From Malacoraja senta (taxonomy: Eukaryota): a DNA stretch of 64,000 bases. Numbering within the stretch: the stretch's first letter is position 1; every line of letters begins with the position of its first letter. The stretch spans positions 1,242,001-1,306,000 of the forward strand of contig CM075999.1 of the NCBI GenBank assembly GCA_038087875.1, in the 5' to 3' direction. The notes beneath the pieces are model-generated. The model made no database searches, was not told where the DNA came from, and saw nothing but the letters and a program-made list of their open reading frames with translations. Positions 1 through 11,095 of the stretch are shown one piece after another. Both the position numbers and the translations under genes were made by a program.

Positions 1-178
1 TTGAGCTACAACAACTCTATCAGAATGACTAATGTCTTTCAGATGAGATGATAAATAGAGCTTTTATCTACCATCAAGGACACAGAATGTAATCAGGAAA
101 ATTTGTCCTAATGTCCTATTCATCTCTCAGGCCAATACACATCCCTCAACCAATATCTGTACCTCATCATTTGCAATC

Positions 179-562
179 AGAGATAGACACAAAATACTGG
201 AGTAAATCAGCGGGACAGGCAGCATCTCTGGAGAGAAGGAATGGGTAACATTTCGGGTCGGGACCCTTGCTCAGACGGAAAGTCATGGGAAAGGGAATCG
301 AGAGATACAGACAATGATGTGAAGAGATATAGAACAAGTGCATGCAAGATATGCAAAAAAGTAACATATCTTTCATTCATTTGTTCTATATCTCTCTGCA
401 TCTTTTTATCTCTTGTTTCCCTTTCCCATGACTCTCAGTCTGAAGATGGGTCTCGACCCGAAACGTCACCCATTCCTTCTTTCTAGAGATGCTGCCTGAC
501 CCGCTGAGTTACTCCAGCATTTTGTGTCTCTCTTCGGTTTAAACCAGCAGTTCCTTCCCACA
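179..562. mobile_element. Fold-back (palindromic) Penelope-derived terminal-repeat element with hammerhead-like core
   Basis: Arm ~181-350 is the imperfect reverse complement of ~365-530. CTGAAGA-TGGGTCTCGACCC-GAAACGTC at 440-467. Flanked by 11-bp TSD CATTTGCAATC (168-178, 563-573). Confidence 0.85.
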
Positions 563-972
563 CATTTGCAATCCGAGGTTAGCCATTCGCGACATTATTG
601 GCAGCATGTTGGATGCCAGAAGACACCACACCCACTAAAATGCTTAAATTATTGTTAAAACTGTTAAAAAAAACTTCAAATCCTCTCAATTATTTAAAAA
701 ACGCTTTACAATATATTAAAAATAAAAAAGCAATAACATTGAAAAGGCTCCGGAACATAATTGAGAATATCATACATTTCATACCACCAAATCGTTAAAT
801 CAACTCAAGCAATTTAAAGAATTTTTTATTATTTATTAATACCCTTGACTTGCAGTTATTTCTCTCCATTGAGATATATATGGATTCACCAGAAATTTCG
901 AGGACCAGAGACATGAAAATCTCTGCCAAGCAAATGTACATAACACCATTGCTGCCTGTGGTGATACAAACT

Positions 973-1160
973 CAATGGTTCAATGGTGCTTCATTGCCAC
1001 ATGTGCACTGCACAGGGGAATTCGTTTTGCATTGATCACACATACACCAGTCACTATGGTTTGGCATCATTTACAAGAAGTCCAAAGTTCGGTCCATGCA
1101 TTCGATGTACTGGAGCAGCTCCCATTCCAGGTAAGTCCCAAGCTGCTGCAGGGCCTCTTC
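973..1160 (-). mobile_element. Short interspersed repeat of unassigned family
   Basis: Alignable by eye in reverse orientation to 49790-49990 and 13720-13830 (GGCGCCAAAA.ATGG...GCACATGTGACAAATAAAGCA..ATTGAAC tail). Confidence 0.6.
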
Positions 1161-1199
1161 TGTCATCCCCGGCCCGTGAACTGATGTCCCTCTCATATG

Positions 1200-1412
1200 G
1201 TCATAGGGTCATAAGGGCTAGAAGTAGAATTAGACCATTCGGCCCATTAAGTTCACAGCCACTCAATCATGGCTGATCTATCTCTCCTAACTCCATTCTC
1301 CTGCCTTCTCCCCATAACCTCTGACACCCGTACTAATCAAGAATCTATCTATCTCTGCCTTAAAAATATCCACTGACTTGGCCGCCACAGCCTTCTGTGG
1401 CAAAGAATTCCA
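1200..1412 (-). mobile_element. CR1/HER1-like LINE 3' end
   Basis: Matches the 3' ends of other CR1 copies in the window (e.g. 51840-52050). Confidence 0.8.
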
Positions 1413-1689
1413 TAAATGTATTATTTATTGATCATTTATCCATTAACCCACGGGGTCTCGTGGAGAACGTGCAAACTCCACCACTCAGCGGCAGGGATGG
1501 GGATCAAACCCAGGTCTCCGGCGCCGAGAGGCAGCGGTTCTCCCCGCCGCGCCACCGTTCCACTGCCTTGCCTGAATACCTTTGTGTCCTGGAAGAAGCT
1601 CATGCAGCCGACCTTGAAGGCGCTGGAGGCCATCCTCCAGATGGCCGAAGGCCTTCCACACCAGACCCAGTCCTTCAATGTCCAGTAGC

Positions 1690-1850
1690 CACCACACTGC
1701 AAAGCTTCTACACTGGTTGCTCTGTGCTTCAGTACGTCCCTCAGCACACACTCCCGCAGCCTGGAATGTGCAAATTGGCAGCATTCCCTTATGTACTTTT
1801 TGTGATAATGGAAGACCAACAAACCAAAGAACGTACCCCATGCCTCTGCT
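1690..1850 (-). mobile_element. Decayed Tx1-like (L1 clade) LINE ORF2 C-terminus
   Basis: RECCQFAHSRLRECVLRDVLKHRA aligns with RECCRLARCRLQEYVLRDALKLGA encoded within 25274-25440. Confidence 0.7.
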
Positions 1851-1932
1851 TAACTAAAGTAAGCTGGTGAAAAGCAGCCTGACCTTAACTGCTCGATGAA
1901 CATTTTGTTTTGAGCCTGCAACCGGCTCAATT

Positions 1933-2470
1933 GGGCGGCACAGTGACACAGCGGTAGAGTTGCTGCCTTAAGGGCCTGTCCCACTTTCACGACCTAATTC
2001 ACCACCTTTTTTACAGGTGGACATTTTTCATCATGCCAGAAAAAACGCCCCGATCTACTTGATGCCACGAGTACCTACGACTAGCATCACGACCTCCTAT
2101 GACCTACCTATGACCTTCTACGACCTCTAAACGACATCGTGACGACCATGCTGCGATTATGAGTCAAGGGCAAACTCGGCAGAGGTCGTGAATTAGGTCA
2201 TGAAAGTGGGACAGGCCCTTTACAGTGCCAGAGACCTGGGTTTGATCCTGACTACGGGTGCTGTCTGTTCAGAGTTTGTACGTACTCCCTGTGACCACGT
2301 GAGTTTTCCCCGGGTTCTCCGATTTCCTCCTACATTCCAAAGACGTACGGGTTTGTCGGTTAATTGGCTTCAGTAACAAATTCTAAATTATGTGTAGGAT
2401 AGTGTTAGTGCCCGGGGTGATCGCTGGTCGTCGTGGACTCGGTAGTCTGAAGCGGCTTGTATCTCTAAAG
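1933..2470 (+). mobile_element. HE1-type tRNA-derived V-SINE, interrupted by a MITE
   Basis: tRNA-like head (GGGCGGCACAGTG..GCGGTAGAGTTGCTGCC / GGTTTGATCC), V-domain CTCCCTGTGACC..TTTCCTCC, and CR1-like tail ending TATCTCTAAA. Confidence 0.9.
1971..2219. mobile_element. PIF/Harbinger-like MITE
   Basis: TIR AGGGCCTGTCCCACT...AGTGGGACAGGCCCT. TTA TSD; removing the element restores the SINE sequence GCCTTACAG. Confidence 0.9.
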
Positions 2471-2954
2471 TTTAAACCATGTCCCAGCCTCACCCACACC
2501 AAACACTGACCAATTCTCGTGCACACCGTTAGACATCTGTACGGTGACATTTGCAGGTTCAAGTCTGAGGTGTGACAGATTCAAATACTTTTTCGCTAAT
2601 CCAAAATGGAAATGCTACTCTGATCAATACTGAAAATTGGAAATGCAGAGCAGCTACCTGAATGAATTAATTACCGAGCACCAGACTTTTTCAGTCAAAA
2701 GCAAACGTAATTCAGCGCTATAGATTAAATGTCAATGAGTTCAAAAGCCAAGATAGTGCCGTGTAAAGATGAGATTCAATTATAGTGTTATTATAATTAT
2801 ACATTATTTGCCATCTGATTCTTCAATTATATATGAATCTTAAGATATTGAGGAAATTACTTTATTGATTGAACGCAGGTCATCAAATTAAGGATATTGT
2901 CTACGTTATCACCAGACTCGTGTTCAGAAGTCTGAGAGTTGTGGGAAGGAAGCC

Positions 2955-3188
2955 GTTTAGTTTAGTTTTGAGATACCGTGCGGAAACAGGCCCTTCGGCC
3001 CACCGAGTCCATGTGGACCAGCAATCCACGCACACTGACACAATCCTACACACACTAGGGACCATTTACAATTATGCACAGCCAATTAGCATAAAACCTG
3101 TAAGTCTTTGGAGTGTGGGAGGAAACCGGAGAACCCGGGGAAAACCCACGCAGGTCACGGGGAGAACGTACAAACTGCATACAGATCC
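2955..3188 (-). mobile_element. HE1-type SINE (3' part)
   Basis: Reverse complement of the V-domain and tail seen in other copies. Confidence 0.85.
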
Positions 3189-3391
3189 ATTCTGATCTTA
3201 GGTCTGGATGTCCAGGTGTTCAAATGCTTGTACCGTCTCCCAGAAGCTAGAGTAGAACAAGGGAACAGAACAAATGCCCAAAGTCTTTTTTCCAGTGTTG
3301 GGGAATCAAAAACTAAAGGGCATGGGTTTAAGATGAGAGGGGAAAGATTTAGTAGGAAGCTAGGGGCAACATTTTCATCTAGAGTAAAACA

Positions 3392-4347
3392 CAGGGCTGC
3401 CAACTCTCATGCATTGAGCGTGAGAATCACGCATTTCGCCAAATTCTCACACTGATTACAAATTTCTCACGCTCTGTCGTGAGAAATTCTGTGATCAACG
3501 AAAATTTCAGAACTCATATCAACTGCATATGCCGCGGGTGTTGGAGAGCCAGGGCTCAGGGAGGGTTGGAAGCAGAAGCAGCGGCGGGGACAGATGCGGA
3601 CGGGTAACCGGGGCTGGTGAGTGTTTGCCGGGCTGGCGAGTGTTTGCCGGACAGGCGAGTCACTCGCTGCAGCTCCGGCCATGGAGCAGCCTCAGTGCAA
3701 GAGTCCCGGGGCGTCGGAGGCGTCGGAAGCTTTGCGTCGCTGCCGTGAGAGTCTCTGTGTCTAATTCGCCCTGGTGACCGGCATGGACCAGGCTGCTCAG
3801 GGTCAGGAATGAGAGAAGGTATGCAACTTGAGTCAGGGTCAGGAGTAGTACCAAGTGTGCAGTGAGATCCAGGTTGGCCAACATGGGCCAAGTGTTTGAT
3901 TATAATCTGATTTCCATACATGAATATACAGTCTGAAGAAGGGTTTCAGCCCGAAACGTTGCCTATCTCCTTTGCTCCATAGATGCTGCTGCACCCGCTG
4001 AGCTTCTCCAGCATTTTTGTGTACCATGAATATACTAAGATCATTCATGTGCTGCACCTGTCGATCAGAGCCTGGCTCTACTGTGGAATGTAATTAGGAA
4101 TGTAATTTAGCCTAACCTTATTCATAGCTAATCCAATTTAAAGCATAAATATTGCAATCAAGTGTAAGTTAAAAGACTCGCTACAGTATGCACCAGATTG
4201 CACAATTTCAAGATGAAAAATGCAAAAGCTCTGTACCAACTGGAGGGGGGGGGGAGAGGGCCCCCCCCCCCTTGGTCGCTATGCCCCCTCGGGCTTGGTC
4301 TCTCGCAATTTCTCACTCCCAACTCTCACCCAATGTTGGCAGCCCTG
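3392..4347. mobile_element. Non-autonomous hAT-like DNA transposon
   Basis: Perfect 13-bp TIR CAGGGCTGCCAAC / GTTGGCAGCCCTG, subterminal TCTCAC repeats, GC-rich interior. Only a 6-bp flanking duplication (AAAACA) is visible. Confidence 0.75.
3930..4024 (+). mobile_element. ~95-nt Penelope-derived mini-insertion starting at hammerhead-like core
   Basis: CTGAAGAAGGGTTTCAGCCCGAAACGTT at 3933-3960. 11-bp TSD CATGAATATAC (3919-3929, 4025-4035). Confidence 0.85.
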
Positions 4348-5381
4348 AAAACACAAAGTTCTGAACAAGTCCATCAGGCATCATCTATGGAGGGAAGGGG
4401 GCCACATTACTGGTCAAGACCTTTCCTCAGAATGAAGTTTCTTCATCACTTTGTGTTTTGCTAAAGAGTGCGGCATTTGCAGTTCCTTGTGTCTCAATTT
4501 TTCACACAGAGTGTGGGACGAGTGACCAGAGGAAATGGTTGAGGCTGGTACAATAACATTTGACAGTCTGTGTATCTATAAAATTAGGAACAAAAGGGAA
4601 GTTCAAACTTTTTACACGAAAGGTGTATTTGTACAATAATTTATCAGCATGTTGTTCAAGTTTATTCAGGAGAGATTCAGGAGTACATGGATAGCGAGCA
4701 ATAATACAAGCAAGAACCAGTCTCCAAGACAAAAAAAAAGGTTCTAATGTAAACTACAAACAGTAATCAGTTTTGAAATTAAAGGGGCAGCTTTGTAAAT
4801 AAACCATACTGTCTACAGAGCACAAACTGCTGGTCCACAGCTGGAGAATGGCTGGCAGATAGATTAGTTTATTGTCACATACATCAGGTGCAATGAGATT
4901 CCTTTTGTTCACATGGAGCTGAGTAAACAGTGGACATGGTAATGATAGATACAACAATTTAATCCAACAACGAGTGGAAAACAGCAGAATGGTGCAAATG
5001 GTGCTGTGTAATCTGAAGTAGTGCAAAAATAAATAAAAATAGAGTGCAGTAACAGAATAACTGACTGAGGTCGAGTTTGTAGTAAGTAGAAACATAGAAA
5101 CATGGAAAATAGGTGCTGGAATAGGCCATTCAGACTTTTGAGTCAGCCGAGCCGCCATTCAATATGATAGTAAGATTAAACGAGAACTTACCAGTTTGAA
5201 GTTTGATCTTTATTTTATGAGGAGTTACGTCGAGGGATTACGTGAAGACCCCGCCAGCACGCATGCGCGACATTCTTCAAAGCAACGGTGTGGAATCACA
5301 GTAATAGTAATGAAATAAACATAGTAAGATAAGAAGAACTAGGATACCAGTTGACCTTTACAAGAGGGTGGGCGTGGAGGG

Positions 5382-5494
5382 CACGTAATCCCTCGACGTA
5401 ACTCCTCATAAAATAAAGATCAAACTTCAAACTGGTAAGTTCTCGTTTAATCTTACTATTTTACTTCGGAGTCCCGTGAGTGACTATGTGAAGA
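5382..5494. repeat. DIRS internal complementary region (ICR)
   Basis: Reverse complement of the two element termini joined end to end at CTTACTAT|TTTACTTC (5459/5460). Confidence 0.95.
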
Positions 5495-5699
5495 TTTTAA
5501 AGATCTGTGATTTCATGCCGTGGAAACGAGTCCATGCTTCACACACTGCATCAGTTGACTACTGATGAGTGATCATTAATAATGCATTCAGACATAACTT
5601 AGATATAGACATGTTGATGCTTTTAATGAACAAACAATGATAATAGTAACCTCACTCAACCGAGAGGGAACTATGAAACAGAACTAGCGTAGAGTTGGC

Positions 5700-6560
5700 A
5701 ACTACCACCAATCTGGTAATGGGTAGTTATAAATGATTGGAAAGATTGTTAGTTTGACCACCCTGCAGTCGCTAGGATGTGGTCCCCCTAATGTCCATAC
5801 CCTGCTGCTGTGGTAGTTGCAGCCCTGGTGGAGTGAGACTTGAATATTAGTGTTCACTCCTGTATAAGCCAGCCCCTTTAAAACCACCTGGAGATGGTCT
5901 GTAGTGATCCCTTCTTACAAGGCTAATGTAACTAACAATATTGCTAGTTCAGAGTCTTTAATGCTCTAGTGACCTACATTCTGGTGTAGATGTGTGACTA
6001 CACACAACCAAAGGTCCATGAGATATATGAACAATCTAGTTAGACCTGATGCCCCTGGTCTATTCTGCTTGACTAAGTCATAAACATAATGTTATTTAGC
6101 CCGCAGATATTATCATCGTGTCCAGTCACTGCTAATGCCATGTCTGGAACCGTTGTGCTGAACTCAGTGCCATGGGCATAACCACTTGTAGGCGAGTTTG
6201 ACCAAGGACAGGGATGTAGCTGGAGACCACCGACGAACAACGTGGCACAATGTTAACATCCTATATCTCTGCGTACCCAGGCCTGGGAGGTTTAGAGTTG
6301 AAGATACCCTTCATTACCTGAATCCCAGAGGGTGAGACCCAACAGAGTGGATTCTGTTCCCCGCAGCCAGCATGATGAGAAGGCACTTTAGGCACAGTAA
6401 ATAGCACTTTAACTTGATAATTGTCAACCCCATACAAAACTGACCTTCAAGCCGTCAGTCATCCGTATCGAGCTGAATGTAATATAACACAAAACAAATA
6501 CCTCCCATCTCCTTATGAGATACTACTGTTTGGTGCTATCCCTGCATCTGCAGTGAGCAC
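5700..6560 (-). pseudogene. DIRS tyrosine recombinase remnant
   Basis: Minus-strand translation near 6350-6140 gives VGSHPL / MKGIFNSKPPRPGYAEI*DVNIV / WSPATSLSLVKLAYK / MALSSAQR, with stops and frameshifts. Outer limits approximate. Confidence 0.85.
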
Positions 6561-6699
6561 GTCCAAGGTATGGTTTGACAACCTGAGCTGCAGGAATGGC
6601 CTTCGCAGAGTCTGTAATCAAAGCATTGGTTATATCATGCAAAGGATGGTTCCCCGAGTCACGGTAAAACCAGCAAATTTTATGTCCAGAATTAACCAT

Positions 6700-6960
6700 A
6701 TAAGGTTCTGTCATCATTCCCCACATCAGCGGGAACCATGGCTGTAGAAGCCAGGCAGGCACTAGGAAAATACCTGAAGCGGGAGCTTGCTGAATTTGCA
6801 AGACCCGTCTGGTGAGGCAAAATGGAGGAAGACATTCCTCCCCAGTGTAGCGAGAATACATCCATCGCCATTGATATGCCACATATATAGCAACTGGTGA
6901 TTGAGCCTGGATGCAGACATTTCGATCTTCAGCGTTTCATCGAGCCACAATGTCATTAAA
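6700..6960 (-). pseudogene. DIRS methyltransferase-like domain remnant
   Basis: IEMSASRLNHQL and PPFCLTRRVLQIQQAPASGIFLVPAWLLQPWFP resemble the DLFASRLN..L and FPPF..I.RVL.KI....LIVP.WPTQPWFP motifs of DIRS1 elements. Confidence 0.85.
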
Positions 6961-6979
6961 CACTTAGCGATCCAACATT

Positions 6980-7620
6980 AATTCTGTATTGACAATTGAT
7001 GATATACCAGTGCTAGATGAGGTTAGGTAATTTATCACCGGATACTTTGACTGATTATACCCATGTGACCAACATATACCTCCACCAAAGTGAATCAACT
7101 TAGACTTAAGCATGCACCCCTTAATCCACAGAATGCACCTGTTGTCTGTAAGTAGTTGATACCATATAACTGAACATTTGGTAACTCATGCAAATCCCAT
7201 CCGTCTCCGTAATTTAGAGCTGATATTAGTAATTTTCCATCTTTGAGCAATAGCATCAGTTTGTAATTAACTGAAGATAATTGATGAAAAGTTAATGGAG
7301 CAATGCTGAATACTATTCGTCCATCATGGTGACTTTGATAGTTTCAGCCGGGAATAGGAAAGGTCTGGTAACAATGGTACTTGAGAATTGATTCCAATCT
7401 CTTGCCTCAGGGCAGAGTCCCAGGCTATTTCAGTTGGTATCAACGTAAATTTAACTTAAATTTAACTGGATGGATGAGAACACAAATCCAGCTAAATTTT
7501 GAAATACCTCTGGTGCCTTGTGAATGGAAACTGATCCCATGGTAGTTAACAGTCACGAAGTTCCCTATTCAGAAATGTCTATACTGCACAAGCGAGTTGT
7601 ACCTGTTAACAATGAACGGG
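6980..7620 (-). pseudogene. DIRS reverse transcriptase/RNase H remnant (internally deleted)
   Basis: Fragments VQYRHF*..FVT, SVSIHK, IHPVKFKL, GINYL and HMG. No YxDD-containing segment seen between them. Confidence 0.7.
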
Positions 7621-9479
7621 CCTCATACCCCAATTGCGATTCTGCCTAAAAACGCAACGCCAACCATGTTTTCGAGAACTCTGGTGCTTGAATGCTGTGC
7701 AGTATAAACTAATCTGATCTGTAAACCCCAAGTGTAAATATTACCAACTAGTATCCGTAATCGGAAGCTTCTCCTTCATACTCCAAATGGGAGGACTTAT
7801 GCAACCTGCCCAGGAGCTGCCTCAACCAGCTTCATCCTTCAATCAGCTTCATCCTTCATACATCCGAATGGTAGGACTTATGCAACCTGAGTCAGGAGCT
7901 GCCTTAGGTAAGCACCATCTGCATCCATCTGTTTTATCGAGTGGGAGGAATTGCAACCCTGAAACAGGTGTCGCTTCAGGCATATGTGCACTTCAGTAGC
8001 ACCCTCTACCACTCCGGCTCATTTGAGTGGAAGGAAATTTGCAACCCTGAACCAGGAGCTGCTGCCTGACATGCCTTCCACACTCTTGCGGGGTTGGCAC
8101 ATCTTCCACGAAGGCCGTTCTGGGCCGCGGTCTAAAAAAGACCTCTGTTCTGATCGTACGGCCTTCGGCTTTCACCAGCTTCGGTGTCTGCTGGTGGGTG
8201 CATAGTAGACTTGTGGCATCTTCAGCCAACCCCATGTCTTCAGAGTCAGCCCTAAAGTGACTCCTAATGCTCCCCTCTGTCGAGGGAGATGCATTATGCA
8301 GCCCTCAACGAGGTGCTGCCATGGCCGTCCTAGGAGGCCCATGGTGACAAGGCTCCATATCCTGGAGCACGTCACATTGGAGCATCTGCTCCATCAACCG
8401 CCCATGCGGGATATGCGATCTCGGTCGCTGCCTGCCGGCGGTGATTCTTCACGGCCCGACTCATCCGAGTCTATGGCCTGTCCGTCCTCTGCTTGGTCTT
8501 TCCGCCAGTCTGTAGTGTTGATTCAGACTGTACAGGTGCCGGGACGGAGACTGCTGACCGCATAGATTGCGATCCAGATGCAGTCGACCGCTGCTGACTG
8601 CCCGTACTTCCGCGGTCCAGCCAGTCTGGATGCAGCCCGTTTGGACTTCGTTACCGACTTGTCCATAGTTCCTTCCCTGTAACACAGAAATGGAACAACA
8701 TACGACCCCAGAGTAAAGAACTTGCCTGCAGGTCTTGTTATCTGGAAAAAGCGGATTCGACCGCTGCCCGCTACCTGCAGTCTGCGGTCTCCGTAGCGGG
8801 TTCCCTGCGGCCCCTGTAGAAGGGATTCCCCGCAAAGCCCATTTCGGGTTTTCCCCCATAGTTCTCGCAGCCGGCATTCCCTCTGCAGTCCTTGTAGAAG
8901 GGGTTTCCCGCGAATCCATGTCGGGTTTTGCACCGAGCCTGGTATCCCCGTGGTTCTTGCAGCCGGGGTTCCCCCTGCAGTCATTGTAGAAGGGAATCCC
9001 CGCGAGGTCCATGTCCCCGTGGCGGTCCCTGGAAAAAATAGTGGCTTACCCTCCAGTGGGTTGCCACCAGTCTGAAGCCGCTGGCTCCACCGCCAGCGAC
9101 TCGAAAAAGGCGAACTGAACCGCCGCCCTCTACCCGCATCGCGGTCTCCGTAGCGGGTTTCCCCGCGACACGTGGGCAGGTTTCCCCGAGGTCTTGACCG
9201 GGTTTCCCCGACCCTGTGGTCAGCGACTGGGGTTCCTCGCGGTCCATAAGGATCTCCGGCGGCCCGGCAGACTTCGCCCAAATAAAGCAGGACCTCTGTA
9301 AGGCTACAGAGATTCCTGCAAAACACAACCAGGATAAGTTTAAAACTTACCTTCAGGGAGCAGCGCTCCCCCCCCCCCCCCCCCCAGCCTGTCGTTTGCG
9401 CAATGCGATAGACGATATATGTCGCGCATGCGTGCTGGCGGGGTCTTCACGTAGTCACTCACGTGACTCCGAAGTAAAG

Positions 9480-9735
9480 TCAAGGTTGATCATGGCTCTC
9501 TGGCTGAAAATGTTTTTCCTCATCTCAGTCCTACCCCTTATTCTTAAACTGTGACGCCTGGTTCTGGACTCCCCCAAAATGGGGAACATTTTTCCTGCAT
9601 CTAGCCTGTCCAATCCCTTAAGAATGTTATATGTTTCTATAAGATATCCTCTCATCCTTCTAAATTCCAGTGAATACAAGCCCATTATTTCATCATATGT
9701 TAGTCCCGCCATCCCGGGAATTAACCTGGTGACTG
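9480..9735 (-). mobile_element. CR1-like LINE fragment split by the DIRS insertion (3' tail at ~5093-5166)
   Basis: ORF 9455-9832 contains GLYSLEFRRMRGYLIETYNILKGLDRLD. The CR1 3' UTR motif GCCATTCAATATGAT..CATGGCT is divided across the DIRS. Confidence 0.8.
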
Positions 9736-9794
9736 GTACATGGTAGAACCCCCTGGATGGCAATGTGAAAGAGGTGATTTGTTCAGATGTTATG

Positions 9795-10070
9795 CAGCAC
9801 AGTGGCGCATGGTAGAGGTGCAGCCTTACCATGCCAGAGTCCTGGGTTCAAACCTGACTACGGGTGCTGTCTGTACAGAGTTTGAACGTTCTCCCTGTGA
9901 CCACGTGGGTTTTCTCTGGGTGCTCCGGTTTCCTCCCACATTCCAACGACATCAGGTCTGCAGGTTAATTTGCTTCTGTAAATTTAGGATAGAACTAGCG
10001 TGCAGGTGAGCGCTGGTCAGCGTGGATTCAGTGGGCCGAAGGGCCTGTTTGTATCTCTAAACTAGACTAA
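9795..10070 (+). mobile_element. HE1-type SINE
   Basis: Degenerate tRNA head, V-domain and TATCTCTAAACTA tail. Confidence 0.85.
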
Positions 10071-10074
10071 AATC

Positions 10075-11095
10075 AGATAGCAGTGGGGGAGAAGTTGTTC
10101 TTAAGTATGGAGGTCCAGGTATTCAAGCTTCTGTATCTTTTCCCAGGTAGAAGAGAGAACAGGGAATGGCCAGGGTTGCAGGTGTCCTTGAGGTTACTTC
10201 TTGATGCAACACATCATGAAGACGAACTGGATGGAAGGAAATGATGTGTTCGTGATGGACTCAACTGCATTCACCACTCTCTGATCTTGACTTGCAGAGC
10301 AGTTGCCAGACCAGGCTCAGATGTATCCCTTCAGAATACTTTCTATAGTACATCTGGAGACATTCAAGAGAATCCTCATGGACATGAAACTTCTCAGATG
10401 CCCAAGAAATCAAAGATGCTCATGGCTGATGCGTTTTTTTGATCACTACATCAAAGGAACCATGTTAGGTTGCTGGTGATATAGATGCCTAAAGGGCCTG
10501 TCCCACTTTCCCGAGTTACTCACGAATTCTCCCGAGTTTTCCCCTTGATTCAAACTCGGAGAATGTCCGTAGCGAGTCTGTAGGAGGCCGTAGGAGTCCA
10601 TAGATATATCATAGCGGCTCGCTATGCCAGCCGTAGGTACTCGGGGCATCAGGTAAGTCGGGACGTTTTTTCAGCATGACGAAAAATGTCCACGAGTAAA
10701 AAAAATAGCCCCGAGTACCTAGGGCTGGCATCTCCGAGTTTGAATCAAGGGGAAAACTCGAGAGAATTTGTGAGCAACTCGGGAAAGTGGGACAGGCCCT
10801 TTAGAATGAAGCTATCCACCATCTCTGCAGCAGCTGAGTTGACAAAGACAGGATTGTGTTCACGCCCTCACTTCCTTAGTTCCACAACCAACTCTTTCAA
10901 ACTTTAAGAACTATTTTATTGTCTTTACCACATGACACTAGGTCTTTGATCTCGTTCCTATACTTGGTTACATCTTTATTATTAACCAAGATGACAACAG
11001 TGGTATCATCGACAAAACTAAAGGTGAAGTTGATGTTGTACTTGGCCACACAGTCATGGGTATGCAGGGAATAGAGGAACTGCACAAGAGACATG
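10075..11095 (-). mobile_element. Old Rex1/Babar-like LINE fragment interrupted by a MITE
   Basis: LYSLHTHDCVAKYNINFTFSFVDDTTVVILV..DVTKYRNEI is a decayed LFSLYTHDC...KFADDTTVVGLI RT motif. Confidence 0.8.
10493..10800. mobile_element. PIF/Harbinger-like MITE
   Basis: Same 15-bp TIR, extended inverted arms of ~60 bp. Flanks TAA / TTA. Confidence 0.9.

Larger units (their letters stand above)
5167..9478 (-). mobile_element. DIRS1-type tyrosine-recombinase retrotransposon (complete termini, decayed coding region)
   Basis: ITRs 5240-5273 vs 9419-9452. ICR 5382-5494 is complementary to both outer ends (78/78 to 5167-5244; 33/35 to 9444-9478). No TSD. Remnants of RT, RNase H, methyltransferase and YR. 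Confidence 0.95.

Noticed and set aside
1125..1136. Perfect plus-strand donor CAG|GTAAGT
   Set aside because: Lies inside an interspersed repeat also present at 49790-49990; no supporting exon.
1580..1760. Apparent minus-strand exon (TTCCAG|G ... AAG|GTATTC)
   Set aside because: Its upstream half and acceptor lie within a Tx1-like ORF2 relic homologous to 25274-25440.
8461..9328. 183-267 aa ORFs in the DIRS 5' region as novel genes
   Set aside because: GC-rich repetitive sequence open in several frames with no recognisable domain; likely UTR/intron except from ATG 8666.
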